Below the pieces are notes generated by a model. That model had not been told where the DNA came from and did not search any database. It saw only the letters and a list, made by a program, of their open reading frames with translations. Both the position numbers and the translations under genes were made by a program. DNA of 57,501 bases from an uncultured Cocleimonas sp. (GTDB taxonomy: Bacteria > Pseudomonadota > Gammaproteobacteria > Thiotrichales > Thiotrichaceae), in contig CAZPEE010000001.1 of assembly GCA_964585525.1 (NCBI GenBank), positions 7,050-64,550 of the forward strand, read 5' to 3'. This document shows positions 1 through 9,651 of the stretch, one piece after another; within the stretch, counting starts at the first letter, position 1; the number at the start of each line of letters is the position of its first letter.

Positions 1-431
1 CGGTTATAATTACCCCAGGGAGCACCACCATAACCAGAATTATCACCCTGGCCATAACCGTTTCCAGCAAAATTACCTGCGGTATTTCCCTGGCCTGCCC
101 AGTCTCCTGCCGTGTTACCCGCTCCACGCGAATTACCTGTCAGGTTGCCTGCAGTATCCATATCTGTTTTGCCTTTTCCTTTAAAGGTAATCGTAAAATC
201 AACTTGACCATCGGCATCACCTTTACCTGTGCCCCAGCCACGGCCAGAACCTTGATAGTCACCCGCAGCATTACCTGCACCCCTGGTATCACCCTGAGCA
301 TTTCCATAGCCTTGGCCAGAACCACTGCCATTATTCCATCCATCCCACCAGTCAGCTGATGCTGTTCCTGAGAGTGCTAATAAAGCGGCCACTGATGTTG
401 TTGATAAAAATGATAAAATCTGTTTTTTCAT
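1..431 (-). CDS. Exported Gly/Asn/Trp-rich protein, sulfur globule envelope protein (SgpA/B, CV1/CV2)-like; 3' end runs off window
   Basis: Hand translation from ATG at 431 (RBS GGAG upstream): MKKQILSFLSTTSVAALLALSGTASA|DWWDGWNNGSGSGQGYGNAQGD...GKGDADGQVDFTITFKGKGK...GYGGAPWGNYN. Signal peptide, WW start, Gly-rich repeats and a central DFxxxFxG strand; not in the ORF track. Confidence 0.7.
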   Translation of the reverse strand, partial: MKKQILSFLSTTSVAALLALSGTASADWWDGWNNGSGSGQGYGNAQGDTRGAGNAAGDYQGSGRGWGTGKGDADGQVDFTITFKGKGKTDMDTAGNLTGNSRGAGNTAGDWAGQGNTAGNFAGNGYGQGDNSGYGGAPWGNYN

Positions 432-652
432 GATAATTCTCCAATGTGCAACTAAAGGGGTTGATGCGTTACATTTTATTGCTAAATGTATATATCATTT
501 CGAGTATAGGACAAACTTCTTCTGGTTGAACTGCTTTATATCAAGCTTTTCCTAACAATAAATGAGAAAAAAGTATTACTGCTCTTTGTACTTTAATATC
601 CCGCTTAGTTACTTTTTAGGCATCTTCAGAATCTATTTTTCATAAATACTCA

Positions 653-904
653 TCATGAAAGGAAACTAATCAGATTAAGTAATATCGTCAATATAATTGA
701 TACTGCAAGCATTATCTTCCAGGGGAAAAATACTTTCACCCGTGGCTGATTCGGGTCTTCATGTCGCTCAATCGTGCGGCGGGCATTTTCTTCAAACTTC
801 TTTTGTAGTTTGTTTGCAACTTGAGGAAAAAGTAATAATATAACATTCAGCACAACAGTCAAAACAACAGAAGCCACAACTGAGTAAATAATAAAATTTC
901 CCAT
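653..904 (-). CDS. Small hypothetical membrane protein (2 TM)
   Basis: 83-aa ORF with two hydrophobic segments around a charged loop; AGGA RBS upstream. Confidence 0.7.
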   Translation of the reverse strand: MGNFIIYSVVASVVLTVVLNVILLLFPQVANKLQKKFEENARRTIERHEDPNQPRVKVFFPWKIMLAVSIILTILLNLISFLS

Positions 905-1032
905 AATTTATCCTATTAAGCGTGGGTAAATAATAAGCATTGTATATTCCGATGAACGGAGAAGTAACAATAATTAATTATAAGGATCTCCTTTAGTTCA
1001 CAATAAAAATAATACAAATAGGATGTATAACA

Positions 1033-1746
1033 ATGAATAAAAATAAATTACTCACCTCAATCTTGTTGCTGGTTTTACTCTCATTTAGCCAGGTGGCAAG
1101 TGCCTTGCAAATGAATCCTTTATCACTGGTGTTGAAACCCTCTGGTGGTGGTGCCAAGCAATCATTTCGTGTGACCAATGAGAGTAACAAGCCTATAGCG
1201 GTACAGTTTAGTGTAATGACACGACAACAAGTCAATAACCGTGAGATAAGAAGACCTGCGGATAAAGATTTTATGATCTATCCACCGCAGACCATTATAC
1301 CGCCACGTTCAACGCAAAAAGTACGCGTCGAATGGTTAGGTTCACCCAATCTACAACGCGAGAAGGCTTATCGCCTGATTGCCGAGCAGGTTTACGTTTC
1401 GCTGGAAAAACAGAAACAAACTGGCATCAATATGCTAATGACTTTGGTAGGGGCGCTTTACGTGCAACCCAATGCAACCAAAAGCAATGTGCAGGTTAAA
1501 GCGGTACAACGTAACGGTAATAAGTTGGCGGTAACACTGGCAAATGGTGGTACACGCCATCAGCTGATGAATTATTCCACGCTTACGCTACGCAATGGCA
1601 ATCGGGTTCTTACCCTAAAGGGTAATGCACTAAAAGGTATCAATGGTAATAATGTTTTGGCAGGCTCAACCAAGCGTTTCTTTATTCCATTGCCCAAAGG
1701 TTTTGTTAATGGCCGCTGGACAGCGACGATTAGCTATCCACGATAG
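1033..1746 (+). CDS. Pilus assembly chaperone (PapD-like)
   Basis: Signal peptide; IYPPQ..IPP...QKVRV, EKAYRLIAEQ and NxGxxH motifs; adjacent to usher. Confidence 0.85.
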   Translation: MNKNKLLTSILLLVLLSFSQVASALQMNPLSLVLKPSGGGAKQSFRVTNESNKPIAVQFSVMTRQQVNNREIRRPADKDFMIYPPQTIIPPRSTQKVRVEWLGSPNLQREKAYRLIAEQVYVSLEKQKQTGINMLMTLVGALYVQPNATKSNVQVKAVQRNGNKLAVTLANGGTRHQLMNYSTLTLRNGNRVLTLKGNALKGINGNNVLAGSTKRFFIPLPKGFVNGRWTATISYPR

Positions 1747-1803
1747 TTCATTTTACTTTTGCTGATTCGTTGATTGATCTTTTGATGAGTCATTGCAATC
1801 GTC

Positions 1804-4677
1804 ATGACCATATTAGTGACAGACCAGAACCATGAAGTGACTACCCTTGCACTGGGAAGGGCATGGTTCTGGTCATTTTTTTTTCTTGTTGCCGGATTAA
1901 CTGTTGTTCCTGCATTTGCTGATAAAACAAGCGATGCACAAATGGCTGCTTTATATGAGCAAGCATTCGGCAATAAGAAGCCAGCCCAACAACAAATTGC
2001 AGCAATCAGCCCAGCATCCTCACAAAATGCCGATATGGCAGCGCTCTATGCACAGGCTTTTGGAGATAAACCTCAAAAAAACAAAAAAACGGATAAGGTC
2101 ACAACCAGTACTCCTACCGACCTGGCTGCTTTATATGCACAGGCGTTTGGCAATAAAAAGGTTGTTCGTACCGTTCCATCACAAATAAACGTAGAGTTGC
2201 GTGTTAACAAAGTCGTTCAGGGCGATGTCACGGTCTACAGTAACAAGCAAAGGCAGCTAATGGATAGCACCGATGTGAAAACACTGTTGCCATTACTGGA
2301 AAAAGTGCTTAAGGCGCACATCTATAAACGCATCAAAAAAGAGTTATCTTCTACTAAACGTATTACGTTTACGCAGCTAACCAAGTTAGGCATGAATGCC
2401 TCGTACAATTCAATCAATTTAAGCCTTGATCTAATGATAAAACCAGAACTGCGCAAACCCAGGGTTTTGTCCATGCGCTCTAAAAAAAGAGCAAGTGTGC
2501 GTGATGAAAATAAAATTACCGCGAGTGAAATTAGTGCTTTTCTAAATATGTACTCCAATATCGGCTTAACAACGTCTGGAGGGGCAAAAACCAGTGATCA
2601 TAAATTCCGCTTCGAAAGTAGCGCTAATATTGGTGATGTTGTATTTGAAAACCGTACCGATATCAACAATGGAAAGTGGAAATCACAAAGAACCACGTTA
2701 ACCTATGATAAACCCAATGATTTAAAACGTTTTGTGGTGGGGGAAGTAGCAACCGGTAACAGAAACTTTCAGGAAAACCTGGAGTTAACCGGGTTTCGTG
2801 TGAGTAAAGAGTTTTTCATGGATCCACAAATTCAAATCCGCCCCAAGGCAAATGAATCATTTGTTCTGGAAACAGATTCGGAAGTTGAAGTTTATATTAA
2901 TGAGCGCCTGCATCAGCGCTTTTACCTGGATGAAGGTATTTACTCTTTAGAGGATATTGGCCTCTACGATGGTGCAAACAATATACGCATAAAGATAAAA
3001 GACGAATTTGGTAAAATCACCGAAAAAACCAGCCTCCAGTATTACGATTCACACCTGCTAAAGCCTAAGCTTTCTTTATGGGCGTTTAGTGTCGGGATTT
3101 TGAATAATAAAGAAGCCTACAGAAACAATAAATTACTCAATAAACCTATCTTTAGCGGTTACTACCAAAAGGGCATCAGCAAGGAGTTAACACTAAGCCT
3201 GGATGCACAATTTAGCACGGATAGTTACTTACTGGGAGCCGAAGCCATTGCTTCTGTGCCCTTTGGCTCGTTAAAACAGAGTTTTGCACTTAGTGGTGGG
3301 GGTAGCAATGATGCCACCGGGTATGCGGCGCGATTTGAGTTTAAACCCAATATCAAACGGCAACTTATTGGCCTGGATACATTACGGGAAGACTCTCTAC
3401 AGCTAGATACCCGCATTGGGCGTTTTATAACAAACTGGAGTATATCGGGAGAATATCGCACTAAAGAATTTTCAATGTTAAATGATGCAGGAAAAATAAT
3501 TACAAACACTAAAGCTGATTTCGACATCATTGACAGCGATATTATCAGCGACGCTATTGATAAAAACAAAAACAGAAAATTACAGGCAAGGCTACAAACC
3601 CAGTTTGGCTTTGACCTGGGTGCGAAATGGCAAGGCAGGCTTAATATTGCGGCATCGGAATATTACGATAAAGATAAAACATTATTTGCTGATTTGAGTG
3701 CAAGCAAACGATTCAATAATGGAATCCGTTGGAGCCTCGGGGCGCGTTACGATACGCATGATGATTTTTCAGTCAATATGCAGTTAACGATTCCCTTGTC
3801 ACGGGAAAAACATCGCCGCCGAAAAGATATCGACCTGCTGGTCGATAGTAAAAATAAATCCTACGAAAGCAGGTTAAGTGTTAAGCCACTCAGCATACTA
3901 GGCAAAAATAGTTTGTCTGGCTCACTCGCTTATAGGCAGAGTGATGATTCCCAACAACAACAGCTTGACCTAAACTATAAAGATAGCCACTTTGAGACTC
4001 AGTTCTATGCGCGAAATAGGAGCAAGGGTAATGGTGAAAATTCACAACGTTTAAATGTTGGATTTAATACCAGTTTAGCCTGTGTAGGCAAGCACTGTGC
4101 TACCTCTTACCCAATAAATGATAGCTTTGCTTTAGTAGGGGGGCCGCCGAATCAGCAAAAACCGATTGCCATTAACAATGGCAACGCCCGTTTTATCTAC
4201 TCTGATGATAATGAAACAGGATTGCCGGATAATTACACCGCATTGATTCCAGCAAAAGGAAAGCGTGCGGTCGTTCCTCTGGAATCTTACCGTTATGGCA
4301 AAATCAATATTGATGAAGCAACCCTGCCAAATGGCTATGATTCAGAAAAAACCGAGTTTGAAGTTTTTCCAAAATACCACCAGGGTTATTTGCTAGATGC
4401 CGGGGGTGTTCCTGCAACGATTGTCGATGGCGTATTAATTGACCAGAACAGAAAACCTCTCCCGTATAAAGGTGGTCAATGGATACCCCAAGGCAAAAAA
4501 GGCAAAACAATCGCATTTTTCTCAAATAAAATAGGGCGCTTCCGCATGCCTTCCGTTCCAGCAGGGAAGTATAAACTAGAGCTATTTGATTACCCGGACA
4601 TGCAAGCACTGTTCATTAATGTCCCCGATAAAAAGGGGCAGGTCTACGATACGGGTAAATTAGTTATTATCAATTAA
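1804..4677 (+). CDS. Fimbrial outer-membrane usher-like protein (start may be GTG 1837)
   Basis: 957 aa, signal peptide ending PAFA, plug-like SEVEVYIN...G.Y.L.DI.L..GAN.IRIKIKDEFG, beta-strand-rich body, C-terminal FSNKIGRF. Confidence 0.8.
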   Translation: MTILVTDQNHEVTTLALGRAWFWSFFFLVAGLTVVPAFADKTSDAQMAALYEQAFGNKKPAQQQIAAISPASSQNADMAALYAQAFGDKPQKNKKTDKVTTSTPTDLAALYAQAFGNKKVVRTVPSQINVELRVNKVVQGDVTVYSNKQRQLMDSTDVKTLLPLLEKVLKAHIYKRIKKELSSTKRITFTQLTKLGMNASYNSINLSLDLMIKPELRKPRVLSMRSKKRASVRDENKITASEISAFLNMYSNIGLTTSGGAKTSDHKFRFESSANIGDVVFENRTDINNGKWKSQRTTLTYDKPNDLKRFVVGEVATGNRNFQENLELTGFRVSKEFFMDPQIQIRPKANESFVLETDSEVEVYINERLHQRFYLDEGIYSLEDIGLYDGANNIRIKIKDEFGKITEKTSLQYYDSHLLKPKLSLWAFSVGILNNKEAYRNNKLLNKPIFSGYYQKGISKELTLSLDAQFSTDSYLLGAEAIASVPFGSLKQSFALSGGGSNDATGYAARFEFKPNIKRQLIGLDTLREDSLQLDTRIGRFITNWSISGEYRTKEFSMLNDAGKIITNTKADFDIIDSDIISDAIDKNKNRKLQARLQTQFGFDLGAKWQGRLNIAASEYYDKDKTLFADLSASKRFNNGIRWSLGARYDTHDDFSVNMQLTIPLSREKHRRRKDIDLLVDSKNKSYESRLSVKPLSILGKNSLSGSLAYRQSDDSQQQQLDLNYKDSHFETQFYARNRSKGNGENSQRLNVGFNTSLACVGKHCATSYPINDSFALVGGPPNQQKPIAINNGNARFIYSDDNETGLPDNYTALIPAKGKRAVVPLESYRYGKINIDEATLPNGYDSEKTEFEVFPKYHQGYLLDAGGVPATIVDGVLIDQNRKPLPYKGGQWIPQGKKGKTIAFFSNKIGRFRMPSVPAGKYKLELFDYPDMQALFINVPDKKGQVYDTGKLVIIN

Positions 4678-4892
4678 TCGACCTTACATTCATTTCATAT
4701 TTTATAAGGCGAATAAATTCAACATGAGATAAGTGGTAGCTCATTTAAGAGTTTGTTCAGGTAAGGTTAAGCTAAAAATCACTACACTGTCCCTACTTAA
4801 ATCAACAACGCTAAGCAATATAAAAATTATTCAATTAGCCTGTTTTTTAAAGACTTAACCCCTAAAACAAACCTAATAAAAAAGGATATAAA

Positions 4893-5366
4893 ATGAATTT
4901 CACAAAAACCCTAATCGCTGCAGGCATTCTTCTCGCTTCAAGTTCATCTGTTTTTGCAGCAGCAACAGATTCAACTGACATTTCAATTAATGTAACAAAA
5001 GATGCTTACGTTAATTTAATAGGTACGGCTGTTGGTAGCACGAACAGTTTCGTAACATCTGATATTGATGCTAAAACTGTTTCTCTTGGAACACTTGGCC
5101 TGGAATCAAATTCTCAAGGTCAATGTGATATGACTTTCTCATCAGCCAATGGTTACCAACTAAAACACAATACATCTGGCGCTACACTGGTTAACTACGA
5201 GATTAGTTATGCGGGTGTCACAAATTCAGCCGCAGGCGCAAACACCGTAACACAATCTTGTAACACAGCTGCAACATCTTTAGACCTTGTTTCTCCAGCT
5301 CTACCAGCCGTAGTTGATGCCGGTACTTACTCTGATACTGTTACCGTTACCGTAGTAACGCAATAA
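4893..5366 (+). CDS. Pilin subunit, Csu/spore-coat-U-like
   Basis: Signal peptide, Thr/Ser/Ala-rich, two Cys, C-terminal AGTYSDTVTVTV. Confidence 0.75.
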   Translation: MNFTKTLIAAGILLASSSSVFAAATDSTDISINVTKDAYVNLIGTAVGSTNSFVTSDIDAKTVSLGTLGLESNSQGQCDMTFSSANGYQLKHNTSGATLVNYEISYAGVTNSAAGANTVTQSCNTAATSLDLVSPALPAVVDAGTYSDTVTVTVVTQ

Positions 5367-5383
5367 ATTAATTCAGATAAAAT

Positions 5384-5424
5384 AAAAGCCGCTATCCTGG
5401 TTAATCGGGAGTAGCGGCTTTTTT
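5384..5424. terminator. Bidirectional intrinsic terminator between pilin and metF
   Basis: AAAAGCCGCTA...TAGCGGCTTTTTT between convergent genes. Confidence 0.85.
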
Positions 5425-5452
5425 GTGCCAGAATTTCTGTGAAACATCCGGG

Positions 5453-6298
5453 CTAGGCCATAGAGGATAAGCCCAGGTTATTCCAGATAGTTATCGTAGT
5501 TTCCGTGCGATTCATCGTATAAAAATGTAAACCGGGTGCACCACCTTCAAGTAGTCTTTCACACATTGATGATACAAACTCTGTACCGAGTTTTGTGATT
5601 GAATCCAGATCATCACCATAGCCTTCCAGGCGTTTGCGCAACCAGCGAGGAATTTCGGCTCCAGTGCCATCGGAAAATCGTGCCAATTGCACAAAGTTAG
5701 TAACCGGCATGATTCCGGGTACAACGGGCGCATCTATGCCCTTTTTCTGACAACTATCAACAAAGTAAAAATAAGCATCCGTATTATAAAAATACTGCGT
5801 GATGGAACGGTCTGCGCCTGCACGTATCTTGTTAGCATAATTTTCAAGGTCCGTTGCAAAATCAGGGGCCTGTGGGTGCATTTCCGGGTAGGCAGCTACT
5901 TCAATCTGGAAGTGGTTACCTGTTTCCTCTCTAATAAACGCAACCAGCTCATTGGCATATTGAAATTCGCCAATGTCCTGCATACCTGAAGGCAAGTCGC
6001 CTCGCAAGGCAACAATGCGCTTGATGCCATTTTTAATATAGGTATTTAAAATCTCACGGATCTGGCTTTTGCTTGAACCAACACAGGATAGATGCGGAGC
6101 AGCCGGGATAGCTGTTTGCTTTTGAATATCAAGAACTGTTTGCAAAGTGCAGTCCTGGGTTGAACCGCCAGCGCCGTAGGTTACCGAGAAAAAAGCCGGA
6201 TTAAGTGCTGCCAGGGAATCCCTGACCTTGGCAAGGTTTTCTGATCCTTTGTCTGTTTTGGGCGGAAAAAATTCAAAGCTGAATGATTGTGCTTTCAT
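5453..6298 (-). CDS. metF: 5,10-methylenetetrahydrofolate reductase
   Basis: SFEFFPPK, SVTYGAGGST, ALRGD, YPEMHP, GLHFYTMN; ATG at 6298 preferred over TTG 6316. Confidence 0.97.
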   Translation of the reverse strand: MKAQSFSFEFFPPKTDKGSENLAKVRDSLAALNPAFFSVTYGAGGSTQDCTLQTVLDIQKQTAIPAAPHLSCVGSSKSQIREILNTYIKNGIKRIVALRGDLPSGMQDIGEFQYANELVAFIREETGNHFQIEVAAYPEMHPQAPDFATDLENYANKIRAGADRSITQYFYNTDAYFYFVDSCQKKGIDAPVVPGIMPVTNFVQLARFSDGTGAEIPRWLRKRLEGYGDDLDSITKLGTEFVSSMCERLLEGGAPGLHFYTMNRTETTITIWNNLGLSSMA

Positions 6299-6339
6299 GT
6301 TTACTCTCTTGCTCAAAATTATTGAACGTGCCGAAGCAT

Positions 6340-6376
6340 AAAAAAGCCCCTTCCTTGCAAGAAGAGAAGAGGCTTT
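6340..6376 (-). terminator. Probable intrinsic terminator/attenuating hairpin between ahcY and metF
   Basis: AAAGCCCCTTC...GAAGAGGCTTT imperfect stem; U-run on the minus strand. Confidence 0.6.
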
Positions 6377-6420
6377 ACTAAACCTGAATCTGTGACTCAG
6401 GTAAGAAGAAACTAATGGTG

Positions 6421-7818
6421 TTAGTATCTATAATGCTCAACCTTGTAAGGCCCATTCTTATCTACAGAAATATAGTTAGCCTGGAAATCAGTCAATTCAG
6501 TCAGGTTAGCGCCGATCTTGCCTAGGTGTAAACGGGCAACTTCTTCATCCAGTGATTTAGGCAGCATGTAAACCTTGTTTTCGTATTTGTCGCCGTCTTT
6601 GTAAAGCTCAATCTGTGCCAATACCTGGTTTGTAAAGGAGTTCGACATAACAAAGCTAGGATGACCCGTTGCACAACCCAGGTTAACCAGGCGGCCTTGT
6701 GCCAGCAGGATAATGCGATTGCCGCTAGGAAGGATTATATGGTCAACTTGTGGCTTGATATTTTCCCACTCATACTTTTCCATATCAGCTACAGCGATTT
6801 CATTATCGAAATGACCGATATTACAAACAATCGACTCATGCTTCATTTTCAACATATGTGCTTCGGTAATAACGTGGAAATTGCCGGTAGCCGTAACAAA
6901 GATATCACCTTGATCAGCAACATCGTCCATAGTTACAACGCGGTAGCCTTCCATAGATGCCTGTAATGCACAAATTGGGTCAATTTCAGTCACCCAAACC
7001 GTTGCGCCAAGACCGCGAAGTGATTGTGCACAACCTTTGCCCACATCACCGTAACCAAGGACAACCGCGATTTTACCTGCAATCATTACATCCGTTGCAC
7101 GCTTGATGCCGTCAACCAAAGACTCACGACAACCGTAAAGGTTATCAAACTTGGATTTTGTAACAGAGTCGTTTACGTTGATCGCGGGGTAGATTAGCTC
7201 GCCTGCTTTTTCCATTTCGTATAAACGGTGGACACCCGTGGTTGTTTCTTCCGTAACACCCTGGATATTTGGACGGATGTTGGAGTACCAGTTTGGTGAT
7301 GTCTTGAGCTTTTCTTTAATTGACTTATACAGCGCGACTTCTTCTTCACTTGATGGATCATCAAGTACAGAAAGGTCTTTTTCTGCTTTTGTGCCAAGTT
7401 CAATCAGCATGGTTGCATCGCCACCATCATCAAGGATCATATTGGCTGTTTCATTACCGAATTCGAAAATCTTGTGTGCATAATCCCAGTACTCATCCAG
7501 TGTTTCGCCTTTGGTAGCAAAAACTGGAACGCCAGAAGCTGCGATAGCGGCGGCTGCATGGTCTTGCGTAGAGAAAATATTACACGATGCCCAGCGTACT
7601 TCCGCACCGAGTGCTGTTAAGGTTTCAATCAAAACAGCGGTCTGGATTGTCATGTGTAAAGAACCCGCGATGCGAGCACCTGCTAATGGTTTTTCATCGC
7701 CATATTTTGCACGAAGTGCCATAAGGCCCGGCATTTCTGTTTCAGCGATGTTTAATTCTTTTCGTCCCCAATCAGCCAGGCTGATGTCGGCTACGATATA
7801 ATCTTTTGCGTTTGTCAT
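6421..7818 (-). CDS. ahcY: Adenosylhomocysteinase
   Basis: [50 protein letters not shown]. Confidence 0.98.
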   Translation of the reverse strand: MTNAKDYIVADISLADWGRKELNIAETEMPGLMALRAKYGDEKPLAGARIAGSLHMTIQTAVLIETLTALGAEVRWASCNIFSTQDHAAAAIAASGVPVFATKGETLDEYWDYAHKIFEFGNETANMILDDGGDATMLIELGTKAEKDLSVLDDPSSEEEVALYKSIKEKLKTSPNWYSNIRPNIQGVTEETTTGVHRLYEMEKAGELIYPAINVNDSVTKSKFDNLYGCRESLVDGIKRATDVMIAGKIAVVLGYGDVGKGCAQSLRGLGATVWVTEIDPICALQASMEGYRVVTMDDVADQGDIFVTATGNFHVITEAHMLKMKHESIVCNIGHFDNEIAVADMEKYEWENIKPQVDHIILPSGNRIILLAQGRLVNLGCATGHPSFVMSNSFTNQVLAQIELYKDGDKYENKVYMLPKSLDEEVARLHLGKIGANLTELTDFQANYISVDKNGPYKVEHYRY

Positions 7819-7846
7819 GTTAATTTCCTAAAAGTATATTTGTTTG

Positions 7847-7930
7847 GCTCCCTCTCACTCTGGGGGAGAGCCGGGGTGGGGGTACAAATTTTCTACCTCA
7901 CCCCAACCCTCTCCTGCCAGGAGAGGGAGC
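7847..7930. repeat. BoxC/REP-like inverted pair of CCTCACCCCAACCCTCTCC..GGAGAGGG units
   Basis: GCTCCCTCTC (7847) pairs with GAGAGGGAGC (7921); inner GGGGTGGGGGTA / TACCTCACCCC; GC-rich island in the metK-ahcY gap. Confidence 0.75.
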
Positions 7931-7947
7931 TTTGTGTGTTGTTAGTG

Positions 7948-9102
7948 TTAAGCGTTTGCTTTAAGCTCGGCGGCTTTATCTGTCTTTTCCCAGGGCAGCC
8001 CAATATCTTCACGCCCAAAATGCCCATAAGCAGCTGTTTGGCGGTAAATAGGTTGCAGAAGATCAAGCATGGTAACGATGCCATAAGGACGCAAGTCAAA
8101 AGTCTCACGCACCAAAGCTTCGATTTTTTCATCGCTCATTGTGCCTGTGCCGAATGTCTCAATCGAAATTGAAGTAGGCTCTGCCACACCGATTGCGTAA
8201 GAAACCTGAATTTCACAACGCTCGGCAAGACCGGCTGCAACAATGTTTTTAGCCACATAACGACCAGCGTATGCTGCTGAACGATCAACTTTTGAGGGGT
8301 CTTTACCAGAAAATGCACCGCCACCGTGACGTGCCATGCCGCCGTAAGTATCAACAATGATTTTACGGCCAGTCAGGCCACAATCACCTACCGGGCCACC
8401 GATGATAAATTGCCCTGTTGGATTGATATGGTATTGCGTATCAGCCGTTAGCCATTCTGCTGGAAGCACTGGCTTGATAATCTCTTCCATCACCGCACCT
8501 TGAAGGTCAGACAGGCTGATATCCGGGTTATGCTGTGTAGAAAGTACCACCGCATCAATCGCTACTGGCTTGTCATTTTCGTAACGGAAAGTCACCTGGC
8601 TTTTAGCATCGGGACGCAAAAAATCAAGAGTGCCATTTTTCATCAGCTCTGCTTGCTTTGCCACTAAAAGGTGGGAGTATGTGATTGGAGCAGGCATTAA
8701 AACGTCGGTTTCATTACTCGCGTAGCCAAACATTAAACCCTGGTCGCCAGCACCTTGTGATTCTTTATCTTCACGGTCGACACCCATCGCAATGTCGGGT
8801 GATTGCTGGCCTAAAGCGTTTAACACTGCACAAGTGTCGCCATCAAAACCAATCTCAGAACTGGTGTAGCCGATGTCGTTAACAACACCACGGACAATCG
8901 CTTCATAATCAATAATAGCTGATGTTGTTACTTCACCCGCCAAAATGACCATGCCGGTTTTAACCATGGTTTCACAGGCAACGCGTGCTGAAGTGTCTTG
9001 TTCTAGAATTGCATCAAGGACGGCATCAGAAATTTGATCCGCCAATTTATCGGGATGACCCGCTGATACAGACTCGGAAGTAAATAGATGATTCCCAGCC
9101 AT
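7948..9102 (-). CDS. metK: S-adenosylmethionine synthetase
   Basis: [26 protein letters not shown]. Confidence 0.98.
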   Translation of the reverse strand: MAGNHLFTSESVSAGHPDKLADQISDAVLDAILEQDTSARVACETMVKTGMVILAGEVTTSAIIDYEAIVRGVVNDIGYTSSEIGFDGDTCAVLNALGQQSPDIAMGVDREDKESQGAGDQGLMFGYASNETDVLMPAPITYSHLLVAKQAELMKNGTLDFLRPDAKSQVTFRYENDKPVAIDAVVLSTQHNPDISLSDLQGAVMEEIIKPVLPAEWLTADTQYHINPTGQFIIGGPVGDCGLTGRKIIVDTYGGMARHGGGAFSGKDPSKVDRSAAYAGRYVAKNIVAAGLAERCEIQVSYAIGVAEPTSISIETFGTGTMSDEKIEALVRETFDLRPYGIVTMLDLLQPIYRQTAAYGHFGREDIGLPWEKTDKAAELKANA

Positions 9103-9125
9103 ATTAAGTTCTCCTTAAATATTAG

Positions 9126-9226
9126 CTGAGCGCCGTTGCATAGTAGAAATTTGTTTGAGCCTAGCCTGACGTATTCTTATACTTCTTATAGAAGCAGAAA
9201 GTCTGGTTGCAACGCTCCTCAAACAG
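9126..9226 (-). ncRNA. SAH riboswitch
   Basis: Minus strand reads UGUUUGAGGAGCGUUGCAAC...AGGCUCAAACA...CAACGGCGCUC. P1 = 9218-9225 with 9152-9159; pseudoknot GAGCG/CGCUC; upstream of metK-ahcY-metF. Confidence 0.9.
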
Positions 9227-9651
9227 TGGGCGGAGGATAATACAGTAAATAAAGAAATATTTCTAGTATTGGATAGAAGGTTGTTTATAACTGACCATAA
9301 TATCAATGGGAGAATCAAGCTTACTGCATTCTTATTGCATTCTTATTGCATTGAGGCAAAAGCAAAACCTGTATAAAAACAGGGTATATCCCCAATTAGA
9401 TGTTGCTCATTTTAGCCAAGTCGGACACAATAGCCGCTCCAAATTTTCTGTCCCCCGTTCTGCTATCAATATTTTTAGCCAGATTAAACACAGAATTTTG
9501 CATACCAGGATCAGACATAATAGTAGATTTCTATACGGCTTGGCTTACATCCTTAGTTTCTCAAATTAATGATAATTGAGGCAATCAAGCAAGGCTGTAA
9601 AGCAATCTATTATCAAGATTTATAAAATTAAAACACTCAAGGAGAGCCTTA

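Noticed and set aside
140-343. Track ORF of 67 aa on the minus strand
   Set aside because: Alternative frame of the Sgp-like gene, which has the RBS and signal peptide
1876-1884. T9 tract in the usher signal sequence as a phase-variation switch
   Set aside because: Encodes Phe residues in frame; an equal T9 occurs in housekeeping recF (27992-28000), so it is unremarkable in this AT-rich DNA
9115-9569. Track ORFs 9115..9318 and 9306..9569
   Set aside because: Overlap the SAH riboswitch and divergent promoters; no recognisable protein features
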